The notes beneath the pieces were generated by a model that was not told where the DNA came from, ran no database searches, and saw only the letters and a program-made list of their open reading frames with translations. From the NCBI GenBank assembly GCA_947470855.1, contig CANIUQ010000006.1, positions 7,783 to 71,782 of the forward strand: a stretch of 64,000 bases of DNA, read 5' to 3'. Of the stretch, positions 38,706 through 46,406 are shown one piece after another (position 1 is the stretch's first letter; each line of letters opens with the position of its first letter). Source of the DNA: Opitutia bacterium (GTDB taxonomy: Bacteria; Verrucomicrobiota; Verrucomicrobiia; Opitutales; UBA953). The translations under genes and the position numbers were made by a program.

Positions 38706-39569
38706 TCATCTGTCAAGCCTTTGAGACAGGCGCGACCGAATAGCTTTAGGACAGGGGTATAGCCCTTGGGCCCTTAATTTATCGGCAACCTCATCAGAAA
38801 AGAGCCAAAGCATGACCTCCCGTAATTCGCGCTCTTTGTCGGTGCGCACATAAAGATAAAGCGGCAAGCGCAACGGGTAGTCTCCCGTATAAATATTCAT
38901 CTCATCAGGAAGATAGGCAACCTTAGGTCGGCCTTCGCGTCCATCGGACACGGGTAAAACTTTCCCTGGGCTACCTACAGGCAATCCAGGCATCACGGCG
39001 ATAATACCAAAGCGTGCCGCTAAACTATCGAGAACCGCAGGCCACTCAACACGCTGACGCACCCCGGCCTTCCAATCTTCTCCGCCCATAACAAATCCTT
39101 GAAAATACTCCTGGGTAAAAGAACCCACTGGAGAGTAAATCAATGGAGAAATTGGTTCGGCTAAATTTCCGTTTCTAAAATCACTCCAGTCGTTAAAAGG
39201 CGTTCGAGACTCATTCGCATAAATACCTTTTAACTCTTCGAGATTAATTTGTGCGAAAGGATTATTCCTATGTACGACCACGACCGCAGCGGAATTAGCC
39301 CAAAGGTAACGATTCAAGAAAAATCCATCGGGTGCGGTTGGCTCAGTATCTCCCTCTTTCACAAAAATGAGCGCCATGCTCGCTTTCCCAGAAGCCAAAG
39401 CACGTCGAGCGGGGAGGGTGCCCATCAACTCCACCGTGGGTGCCTTAGACATTTTACAAATTCCAGGAACGACGATTTCTTTCACTAAATCGGAGCCCAC
39501 GACATCAGCCGCCAAAGCGCTAATGCCACTAAAGCAGAGACAAAATCCGAGGCGCAAAAAATACATCAA
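38706..39569 (-). CDS. PstS-family (PBP-like) periplasmic substrate-binding domain protein
   Basis: 287 aa. It has a signal peptide, and AAVVVVHRNNPFAQINLEELKGIYANESRTPFNDW and YPLRLPLYLYV resemble PstS/PBP_like_2 blocks. No pstCAB genes are nearby. Confidence 0.6.
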   Translation of the reverse strand: MMYFLRLGFCLCFSGISALAADVVGSDLVKEIVVPGICKMSKAPTVELMGTLPARRALASGKASMALIFVKEGDTEPTAPDGFFLNRYLWANSAAVVVVHRNNPFAQINLEELKGIYANESRTPFNDWSDFRNGNLAEPISPLIYSPVGSFTQEYFQGFVMGGEDWKAGVRQRVEWPAVLDSLAARFGIIAVMPGLPVGSPGKVLPVSDGREGRPKVAYLPDEMNIYTGDYPLRLPLYLYVRTDKERELREVMLWLFSDEVADKLRAQGLYPCPKAIRSRLSQRLDR

Positions 39570-39573
39570 AAGA

Positions 39574-40974
39574 TTAAGAGGGTGGAGGGGTAGAAGCTTC
39601 CAACTCAGGCCACTGTAAAAGCTTTCGGTGTAAAGTGCGACGAGAAATACCGAGCGCCTCTGCCGCTTTTGTTCGATTACCTCCAGCGGATGCTAGCGCC
39701 TGTCGTAAAAGGTTTTTTTCATTCTGCTCTCGATCGAAAACACCCGGAGTCATGACTCCCGACCCCATGGTCGTGGGAGATAAAACGGGGCGCGAAACAG
39801 GGGTGGGCTGAGTAAACCGAACATCTAAGTCTGCCACTTCCACCGTTTTGCCAGCCCGTAGAACCGCCAAATTTTCGCAAGTATTCCGTAATTCGCGAAT
39901 ATTGCCCGGCCAAGCATACTGAACGAGCGTGGCCAAAGCAGCGGAGGATAATTTAGCTTCGGGCGTGTTGTTTTCCGACGCGAATTTTTTCAAATAATGC
40001 GTGAGTAAGAGGGGGATATCATCTCGTCGTTCACGCAAAGGAGGCAAGCGCAAGGGCACTACCGACAATCGGTAGAACAAATCTTCACGGAATTTTCCTT
40101 CGGCGACCATTTGCCGTAAATCGCGATTGGTGGCACAAACTAATCGCAAATCCAAAGCAATAGGCTTGTGCGAACCTAATCGTTCGACGCTACGTGTCTC
40201 TAAAAACCGTAGTAACTTAATTTGCGTTGTCGCATCAATCTCTCCGATCTCGTCTAAGAAAAGCGTCCCTCCATCGGCAGACTCAAATCGTCCGACGCGT
40301 CGCTCATTGGCACCCGTAAAAGCGCCGCGTTCGTGACCAAACAATTCGCTCTCCAAAAGATTGGCTGGAATGGCCGCACAATGCACCGCCACAAAGGGTC
40401 CTTTCGCTCGCGGACTGGCTTGGTGTATCATTTGCGCAAAAAGCTCTTTTCCTGTTCCCGTTTCACCCAATAACAAAACGGTGGCACTCGAAGGTGCAAC
40501 CGTGCGTACCTGTTCGATGGCTTGAGTTAATGCATCCGACGAACCAATCACTTCTCCCAGAGAGAATTTTCGATCCAATCGAGTTTTTAAAGCGACGACT
40601 TCCTTTTCGGTGGATCGAGCTTTCAGTCCACGTTCGAGCAAAATTTCCACCTGCCTTAAATCGACAGGTTTTTGTAAAAACCAATAAGCCCCTTTGTTCA
40701 TCGCTTTAACCGCCGTCTCCACATCACCATACGCTGTCATCATGATACAAACGGGCTGCGGAGAAAGTTTAAGCGCGCGATCAATCACCGCCATACCATC
40801 CTCTCCCGCCATCCGTAAATCGGTTAACACAGCATCCGGTGGCACATCTTGCATTAAGCGAGCGGCTTCCGTTGCGTCTTTTGCCACAAACGTTTCGTAC
40901 TTTTCTTCTAAGGCAGCACGCAGGCCATCCCGCGTGTGTTTTTCGTCGTCGACGATAAGAACCGTGGGCTTCAT
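39574..40974 (-). CDS. sigma-54-dependent response regulator (NtrC family)
   Basis: 466 aa. It has a receiver (LIVDDEK...VLTDLRMAGEDG), an AAA+ domain with Walker A GETGTGKE and the sigma-54 contact motif GAFTGA, and a C-terminal Fis-type HTH (AAEALGISRRTLHRKL). Confidence 0.9.
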   Translation of the reverse strand: MKPTVLIVDDEKHTRDGLRAALEEKYETFVAKDATEAARLMQDVPPDAVLTDLRMAGEDGMAVIDRALKLSPQPVCIMMTAYGDVETAVKAMNKGAYWFLQKPVDLRQVEILLERGLKARSTEKEVVALKTRLDRKFSLGEVIGSSDALTQAIEQVRTVAPSSATVLLLGETGTGKELFAQMIHQASPRAKGPFVAVHCAAIPANLLESELFGHERGAFTGANERRVGRFESADGGTLFLDEIGEIDATTQIKLLRFLETRSVERLGSHKPIALDLRLVCATNRDLRQMVAEGKFREDLFYRLSVVPLRLPPLRERRDDIPLLLTHYLKKFASENNTPEAKLSSAALATLVQYAWPGNIRELRNTCENLAVLRAGKTVEVADLDVRFTQPTPVSRPVLSPTTMGSGVMTPGVFDREQNEKNLLRQALASAGGNRTKAAEALGISRRTLHRKLLQWPELEASTPPPS

Positions 40975-42014
40975 AGGGATTCAGGTTGATAAAATTGATT
41001 GGCAGCACTCCAAGCCCTTGCCGCTTTTTCCGCCAGAGATTGTCGAGCTCGCTCCACCTCTGCTAAACGCGCATTCAAATTGGCATTCGCTACGGCAGCA
41101 AGGTCATCCAAATCATAGAGATAAGCCCCTTCTACGGCACGATTCTCTCGCGAAAAATTGCGTGGCACGCCTAAATCAACGAGGAGAATGGGGCGGCCTT
41201 GTCTTTGCTGCAACACTACCGTCATTTCTTCAGGCGTGAGCAGGGCTCGCTCAACCGTCGCACAGCCAATAATCACATCATGATTCTGTGTCTGGCGCAA
41301 GGCATCGACCAAAGACATTGAAGCTCCAGAAAATTCTTCCGCTAAAAGACGCGCATTTTCAAAACTCCGCGAGGCCACCGAAACCTGTGCGACCCCTCGC
41401 GAAACCAAGGCTTGCACAACTTGTTGACCAACCTCTCCCGTGCCAAGCACCAGCACCCGAGTTTCGGCCAGTGACCCAAAAACTCTTTGCACCATATCCA
41501 CGGCAACATTCCCTAAGCTCACCTGGCCTTGCGAAATACCCGTATGAGTTCGCGCCCAAGCAGCCGCTTGAAAGGCCCGTTGAAAAATTCGGTTAAGAAC
41601 GGCACTCGTCATGCCTCGAGCCAAAGCATCCGCATAAGCATCCTTAACTTGTCCGGCAATTTCGGCCTCTCCCACCATTTGGGAGTCCAGCCCAGCCACG
41701 ACGTCGAACAAGTGTTCCACCGCGCGCAAACCTGGTATGGGCCGAAGGTGTTGATCTAGTTTTTCCGCTTGAACCCCCGAGGCCTTAATTAAGGCCGTGC
41801 GAGCATGTAAAGCGGCGGCTTCATCGCCCACGACATAAACTTCAAGACGATTACACGTTGTGAGTAAAACCGCTTCCTTTAATCCCTGTTCGCGAATTCG
41901 TTGATAAAATTCGTTAACCTTCTCTGGCGTTAAACTAAAAGTAGCTCGATCATCTAATCCAGCTGTATGGTGCGTAGCGCTCAACGCCACGAGTGTGGGC
42001 GCTGGGATGCTCAT
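40971..42014 (-). CDS. hemA: glutamyl-tRNA reductase
   Basis: 347 aa. It has the catalytic-Cys block LLTTCNRLEVYV and the NADPH motif VLVLGTGEVG. Both its start and its stop overlap neighbouring genes as ATGA. Confidence 0.9.
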   Translation of the reverse strand: MSIPAPTLVALSATHHTAGLDDRATFSLTPEKVNEFYQRIREQGLKEAVLLTTCNRLEVYVVGDEAAALHARTALIKASGVQAEKLDQHLRPIPGLRAVEHLFDVVAGLDSQMVGEAEIAGQVKDAYADALARGMTSAVLNRIFQRAFQAAAWARTHTGISQGQVSLGNVAVDMVQRVFGSLAETRVLVLGTGEVGQQVVQALVSRGVAQVSVASRSFENARLLAEEFSGASMSLVDALRQTQNHDVIIGCATVERALLTPEEMTVVLQQRQGRPILLVDLGVPRNFSRENRAVEGAYLYDLDDLAAVANANLNARLAEVERARQSLAEKAARAWSAANQFYQPESL

Positions 42015-42838
42015 TTAGCTGGAGGTAACGAGAGCCCCAAAGCGATAAGGGCGGGAATTAAAACGTAAAGAGAACCGCGAGCAAAAGCCGCTCCACTCAG
42101 TTGATTTCGCCGACGTTGAATTAAAAGAATCAAACAGCCCGCCCAGGTAATGAGAGAGAGAATGAGTTTAGGGATAGTAACGATATTAGGCAGGTTTTGA
42201 AACCAATCCACCGCTCCAATAATTAAAGATAATCCCAACATCCAAACCGCCACTCCCATTAACTGTGTTCCGATTCGATCCATCGGAACGAGAGCGGGAA
42301 GGAAAGAATAAATTCCCCCAAATTGGCGTTTCGCTAAAGCATGATCTTGTAATAAATAAGCGAAGGCATTGAGCGCCTGAGCGGCCAAAATACAATAGGC
42401 GAAAATGGCGCTACCAACGTGAATTAAAATAATCGGTTTATAAGCAAAATGCTGACTTTGCATTTCTACTTTTAGTATCGCCGCGAACAATAAACAGACG
42501 GCCGTAAGGGCAGAAATAGCCCAAGTCGGTAAGCGGTGATTAAAAACTAATTCCAAGAAGATGGCTACCCCTGCAATACCCCAGCCCAAAGTAAGAAAAA
42601 TTTCTCCAGGTGAATTAATCGGCAAAGAGTTTCCCGCCAAGCCCATGTAGGCGAGGAACCCCGAGAGAATAAACCATCCTCCGCGAAGTATCCATAGACC
42701 CCAATCGGGGGCCTTTGTTAACCAGAGGCCCTTGCTTTTTAAAACCGAAGCAAGAACTCCCAAGGAAAAGACGAGTGCACTGGTATACACGAGCCCTTCT
42801 AGGGGGATTCTCTCAGCATTGGAGATGAAAACGGGCAT
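42011..42838 (-). CDS. polytopic membrane protein, cytochrome c assembly (CcsA)/HemX-like
   Basis: 275 aa with multiple TM helices. The assignment rests on overall resemblance and its position next to hemA. I could not find a canonical W-rich WWD motif. Confidence 0.5.
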   Translation of the reverse strand: MPVFISNAERIPLEGLVYTSALVFSLGVLASVLKSKGLWLTKAPDWGLWILRGGWFILSGFLAYMGLAGNSLPINSPGEIFLTLGWGIAGVAIFLELVFNHRLPTWAISALTAVCLLFAAILKVEMQSQHFAYKPIILIHVGSAIFAYCILAAQALNAFAYLLQDHALAKRQFGGIYSFLPALVPMDRIGTQLMGVAVWMLGLSLIIGAVDWFQNLPNIVTIPKLILSLITWAGCLILLIQRRRNQLSGAAFARGSLYVLIPALIALGLSLPPAK

Positions 42839-42946
42839 TGGCTATCAGAGTGGAGGGGGTGTGACATTTTGGCAACCTTCAGAATAGCATAATCTTTACC
42901 AGAAATCTTGTCCTAGCCCCCATTTTTGAGAAGAATTTTAAAACTT

Positions 42947-43402
42947 ATGGCCTATGATCCCTACGATTTAACTCAGCACCCCCCTCGAAGCCCGCGTTGC
43001 CGACTCGGCGGAATGGTTATTTTGCCCCGCCTTTTAGACAAAGCCCGTGCTACGGTGGCCAATAAACAAGGCGAATACACCTACAACTGCTCGCTCGATC
43101 GCTACGTTCTGGATTTTTTAGGCATCGACGAGAAGGCATTACTTGCACAAGTGGCTCTTGGTAAAGGGGATGGAGAAATATGGAAGTGGATTACTGCCCA
43201 CGCCAAACACCCCCGTTCAGCCCAAGAAATTGCCGCCTTCAGCACTTATCATGAGCAAAGAACGGGCGGAGCTCCTGAAAAAAGAGCCCGAATGACCGCC
43301 TACCAGTCTTCAACGCCCGCTGGTGCTGCTCGAGAGGACATCTTTACCTGGTTCGATGTTCTCGACCTCGATGATCATCAAAGTTTTAATGGTAGAGTTT
43401 AA
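42947..43402 (+). CDS. DUF5069-like hypothetical protein
   Basis: The start is placed at ATG 42947. MAYDPYDLTQHPPRSPRCRLGGMVILPRLLDKARA matches my recollection of the DUF5069 N-terminus. This is unverified. Confidence 0.5.
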   Translation: MAYDPYDLTQHPPRSPRCRLGGMVILPRLLDKARATVANKQGEYTYNCSLDRYVLDFLGIDEKALLAQVALGKGDGEIWKWITAHAKHPRSAQEIAAFSTYHEQRTGGAPEKRARMTAYQSSTPAGAAREDIFTWFDVLDLDDHQSFNGRV

Positions 43403-43405
43403 TTT

Positions 43406-43921
43406 ATGATCAAAAATCTATTCGTTGGAACTTGGTTTTTTTGTCTGATGTCGGTGTCGACACTGGCTGAAACCAAACCCGCCACAACCAATTCAACCGC
43501 CTTTGATTGGAAGACTTTGGTCGGACCCGATCTCATCGATGCCACGGGTAAAAAAGTCGAGGTATCTTCTCTCAATGGGAAATATGTCGGAATTTACTGC
43601 TCAGCTATTTGGTGTCCGCCTTGCCGAATGTTTACTCCCGAGTTAGTGAAATTTGCGAATGCGAATAAAGATAAATTCGCCGTGGTTTTTTACAGTGCTG
43701 ATCGCTCAGCGGCGGAAATGAAAAAGTACATGAAAGAAGAAAAAATGCCTTGGGTGGCACTGCCTTACCAATCCAAAAATCTTTCCCCAGAGGTGAAGAA
43801 AAATTTCGGAGGAGGAATTCCTGCCTTCGTCCTTTTTGATCCCTCAGGAAAACAAATCGATAAAATCGTTGGCTATAGTGCTGGGTGGAAAGACCAAGTG
43901 GAGGAGGCGATTAAAAAATAA
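43406..43921 (+). CDS. secreted thioredoxin-fold protein, nucleoredoxin/tryparedoxin-like (WCPPCR)
   Basis: 171 aa with a signal peptide and the active site AIWCPPCRMF in a thioredoxin fold (VVFYSADR...MPWVALPY...IPAFVLFD). Confidence 0.75.
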   Translation: MIKNLFVGTWFFCLMSVSTLAETKPATTNSTAFDWKTLVGPDLIDATGKKVEVSSLNGKYVGIYCSAIWCPPCRMFTPELVKFANANKDKFAVVFYSADRSAAEMKKYMKEEKMPWVALPYQSKNLSPEVKKNFGGGIPAFVLFDPSGKQIDKIVGYSAGWKDQVEEAIKK

Positions 43922-44416
43922 ATGCGCATCGTTCACTTTCTCCAAGTTTTATTGGTTAGCTTAGCCATTCAGGGGTCTTCCGCATTAGCTGCGGAAGCGA
44001 CATTCGATTGGAAAACTCGTTTTCCTAAAGACCTCGTGGATGCTAGCGGGAAAAAAGTCGATGCCTCTACGCTCAATGGCAAAGTAGTCGGCTTCTACTT
44101 CTCTGCTCACTGGTGCGGGCCTTGCCGGCTTTTCACGCCCGAGTTAGTGAAGTTTGCTAAACTCAACAAAGATAAATTTGCTGTGGTTTTTGTGAGCTTC
44201 GATCGGCCCGATGAAAAAGCCATGTTTGATTACATGAAAGAAATGAAAATGCCTTGGGCAGCACTACCTTACCAATCCGAAGCGGGCATAAAAATCTCCC
44301 AAGAGAACGACGTTAAGCAAATCCCTACTTTACTGATTTACGATTCATCCGGGAATCTTGTGACCAAAAACGGAAGTGATTTAGGGGAAGTAAAAAAGAT
44401 TTTGAATTCAAAGTGA
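43922..44416 (+). CDS. secreted thioredoxin-fold protein, paralogue of the preceding gene (WCGPCR)
   Basis: 164 aa with a signal peptide and the active site AHWCGPCRLF. Long blocks are identical to the upstream paralogue (FDWKT, TPELVKFA, NKDKFAVVF, MPW.ALPYQS). It starts on the nucleotide after the upstream stop. Confidence 0.75.
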   Translation: MRIVHFLQVLLVSLAIQGSSALAAEATFDWKTRFPKDLVDASGKKVDASTLNGKVVGFYFSAHWCGPCRLFTPELVKFAKLNKDKFAVVFVSFDRPDEKAMFDYMKEMKMPWAALPYQSEAGIKISQENDVKQIPTLLIYDSSGNLVTKNGSDLGEVKKILNSK

Positions 44417-44868
44417 ACCACCCCCGTAAGGTTCTGGTCGTTTGCAAAGGAAATATTTGCCGGTCGCCTACGGCTGAAGCGGTGTTGCGGAGCAAAGCCT
44501 CGCAACTAGGCCTCGCCCTTGAAATTGATTCTGCAGGAGTCGAGAATTATCACTGCGGAAGTAAGCCAGACCCACGTGCCATTAAACACGCACACCGACG
44601 AGGGTATGATCTAACCACGCTGCGTGCACGGCAAATTAAGGAGTCGGACTTTATCGACTACGACATCGTCCTTGCCGCGGATAAATGTAATTTGGCTGAC
44701 CTTAAAAATCTTTGTCCAGTAGAACACCATTCGAAGTTAATCCTCTACCTTGGCCTTCAAGACTTAATGGATCCCTATTGGGGTGGCGCCGAAGAATTTG
44801 AAGAAGTGCTCGATTTAATCGAAAAACGTGCCGATTTCCTGTTAAAACAGTGGCATCCAGGCAACTGA
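44413..44868 (+). CDS. low molecular weight protein-tyrosine phosphatase
   Basis: 151 aa with a GTG start that overlaps the upstream stop (GTGA). It has the P-loop VCKGNICRSP and the DPYWGG general-acid loop. Confidence 0.88.
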   Translation: MNHPRKVLVVCKGNICRSPTAEAVLRSKASQLGLALEIDSAGVENYHCGSKPDPRAIKHAHRRGYDLTTLRARQIKESDFIDYDIVLAADKCNLADLKNLCPVEHHSKLILYLGLQDLMDPYWGGAEEFEEVLDLIEKRADFLLKQWHPGN

Positions 44869-44911
44869 ATGGTTGCTCGTCTTTACCCAAGCCGATTGGC
44901 TGGAGGTCACG

Positions 44912-45265
44912 ATGTATCAAGTAAACTTCAGCGACCAAGCCATACACGAGTTGGCTAAACTTCCCACCTTGGAACAAATGGAAGTCGTTGAAGCATTTAC
45001 GGCTCTTACCCCTGAGTTGTTGCTGAGTGGTCATTCCAACTTAGGTAAAGTCAAGCGCGGTGGATTAACTTACCATCGTCTGCGCGTTGGAGAATTTCGT
45101 ATCTATTTCGAAGCCGATGAGAAATCTCTCTTGGCCCATTATGTTCTACACCGCCACACCTTCGCCGATTTTGCTTTTCGCAGTCACTTACCTTTTGCGG
45201 AAGACGAAGCGCGAATTGAACAAGAAGGCGGGTTCTGGAAATATTTAGATGATAAAAAATCTTAA
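44912..45265 (+). CDS. ParE/RelE-fold toxin homologue (solitary)
   Basis: The start at ATG 44912 is preceded by GGAGG with a 5-nt spacer. FSDQAIHELAKLP...YHRLRVGEFRIYFEADEKSLLAHYVLHRH matches the ParE/RelE core pattern (RxRxGxYRxxY). It has an extra C-terminal tail of about 30 aa. Confidence 0.55.
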   Translation: MYQVNFSDQAIHELAKLPTLEQMEVVEAFTALTPELLLSGHSNLGKVKRGGLTYHRLRVGEFRIYFEADEKSLLAHYVLHRHTFADFAFRSHLPFAEDEARIEQEGGFWKYLDDKKS

Positions 45266-45267
45266 TC

Positions 45268-46146
45268 ATGTCTGACTCTCCATCACCTAAACGATATACT
45301 TCTCCAGAAGAGGCTGCTCATATTTACCTTCTGCCCAATTTATTTACCGCGGGTAATATGTTGTGCGGATTTTTAGCGATTAAAAACTGTATTGAGGCTC
45401 GATTCTCCGACGCCCTAACCGCCACCGAACGTGCTGACCATTATTTAATGGCCGTTTGGTTTATTCTTTTTGCCTGCGTTTGCGATTTGTTCGATGGCCG
45501 GGTTGCTCGAGCCACCCATCGCGAATCCTTATTTGGCGCAGAATTTGATTCTATCGCGGATACTGTCTCTTTTGGCGTCGCTCCCGCATTGATGGCATGT
45601 TTTTTGATTATTAGCCCCAATCAGAGCAAAGACATTCAATTAGCCACCTGGCTCCTAGCCTTTATTTATTTACTCTGTGCAGGTGTTCGTCTCGCACGCT
45701 TTAATGTTCTCACCAACCCTCTGGTTCCTGGTAATGAGAAGCGTGCGGCAGGTGGTGATTTTGTAGGCTTACCCAGTCCCGCTGCCGCTGGAATGATGGC
45801 CTCGCTGGTTCTTTCCCTTTCCAAACTATTACGTCTCACAGAACAAAAGGGGCCACTCGATCAAGCTTTGCAGGCATGGTCTTGGATTCTCTTACCTCTC
45901 ATGCTCGTCATTTCTTACCTTATGATTAGCAATGTGCGCTTCCCCAGTTTTAAGCAAATTAACTGGAATACCCGGACGCGCACTCGGGGTTTTATTTTTA
46001 TCATTGTTTCTGTCGGTGCACTTTTTGCCCTCCGCGAATTTGCCGTACCACTGGTTTTCTTAAGTTACATTGTGTGGGGAGTTGTGCGTCATTTCTTCCT
46101 TTTGAAGAAAGAAGAAACGGATCCAGCACCTGATGATGAACCATAG
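45268..46146 (+). CDS. pssA: CDP-diacylglycerol--serine O-phosphatidyltransferase
   Basis: 292 aa. It has the CDP-alcohol phosphatidyltransferase motif DGRVARATHRESLFGAEFDSIAD and multiple TM helices. Confidence 0.88.
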   Translation: MSDSPSPKRYTSPEEAAHIYLLPNLFTAGNMLCGFLAIKNCIEARFSDALTATERADHYLMAVWFILFACVCDLFDGRVARATHRESLFGAEFDSIADTVSFGVAPALMACFLIISPNQSKDIQLATWLLAFIYLLCAGVRLARFNVLTNPLVPGNEKRAAGGDFVGLPSPAAAGMMASLVLSLSKLLRLTEQKGPLDQALQAWSWILLPLMLVISYLMISNVRFPSFKQINWNTRTRTRGFIFIIVSVGALFALREFAVPLVFLSYIVWGVVRHFFLLKKEETDPAPDDEP

Positions 46147-46153
46147 ATTTATT

Positions 46154-46389
46154 TGTGAATAGGTCGTGTAAAATCTGCGGTTATCTCCTTTTGTGAATAA
46201 CCAGCGATTTATTAACGGCCTAAACACAGACTTTTAAAATCTGCATCCCCTGTATTTTCAACACCTTGGGACATTATCCACGCCCTTCCGGCCCTTACGT
46301 GTATTACTTAATTTATATATAGATAGATAAAGAATAGAGACATTCGTTGATTAAAAGTAAACCAAGGTTGCCACTGACCCTTATCCTCC
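46154..46389. promoter_or_regulatory. DnaA-box cluster and AT-rich tract upstream of dnaN (candidate oriC segment or DnaA-regulated promoter)
   Basis: - TGTGAATAA at 46192-46200 (reverse complement TTATTCACA) matches TTATNCACA at 9/9.
- TGTGAATAG at 46154-46162 matches at 8/9.
- TTATCCACG at 46274-46282 matches at 8/9.
- TTATCCTCC at 46381-46389 matches at 7/9.
- A TAAAATCTGC direct repeat lies at 46169-46178 and 46235-46244.
- A strongly AT-rich tract lies at about 46301-46365. Confidence 0.4.
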
Positions 46390-46406
46390 CCAAATCTGTA
46401 TCTATC

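Noticed and set aside
40694-41239. 181-aa ORF antisense across the sigma-54 regulator/hemA junction
   Set aside because: It is a shadow ORF opposite two conserved genes, with no domain signature.
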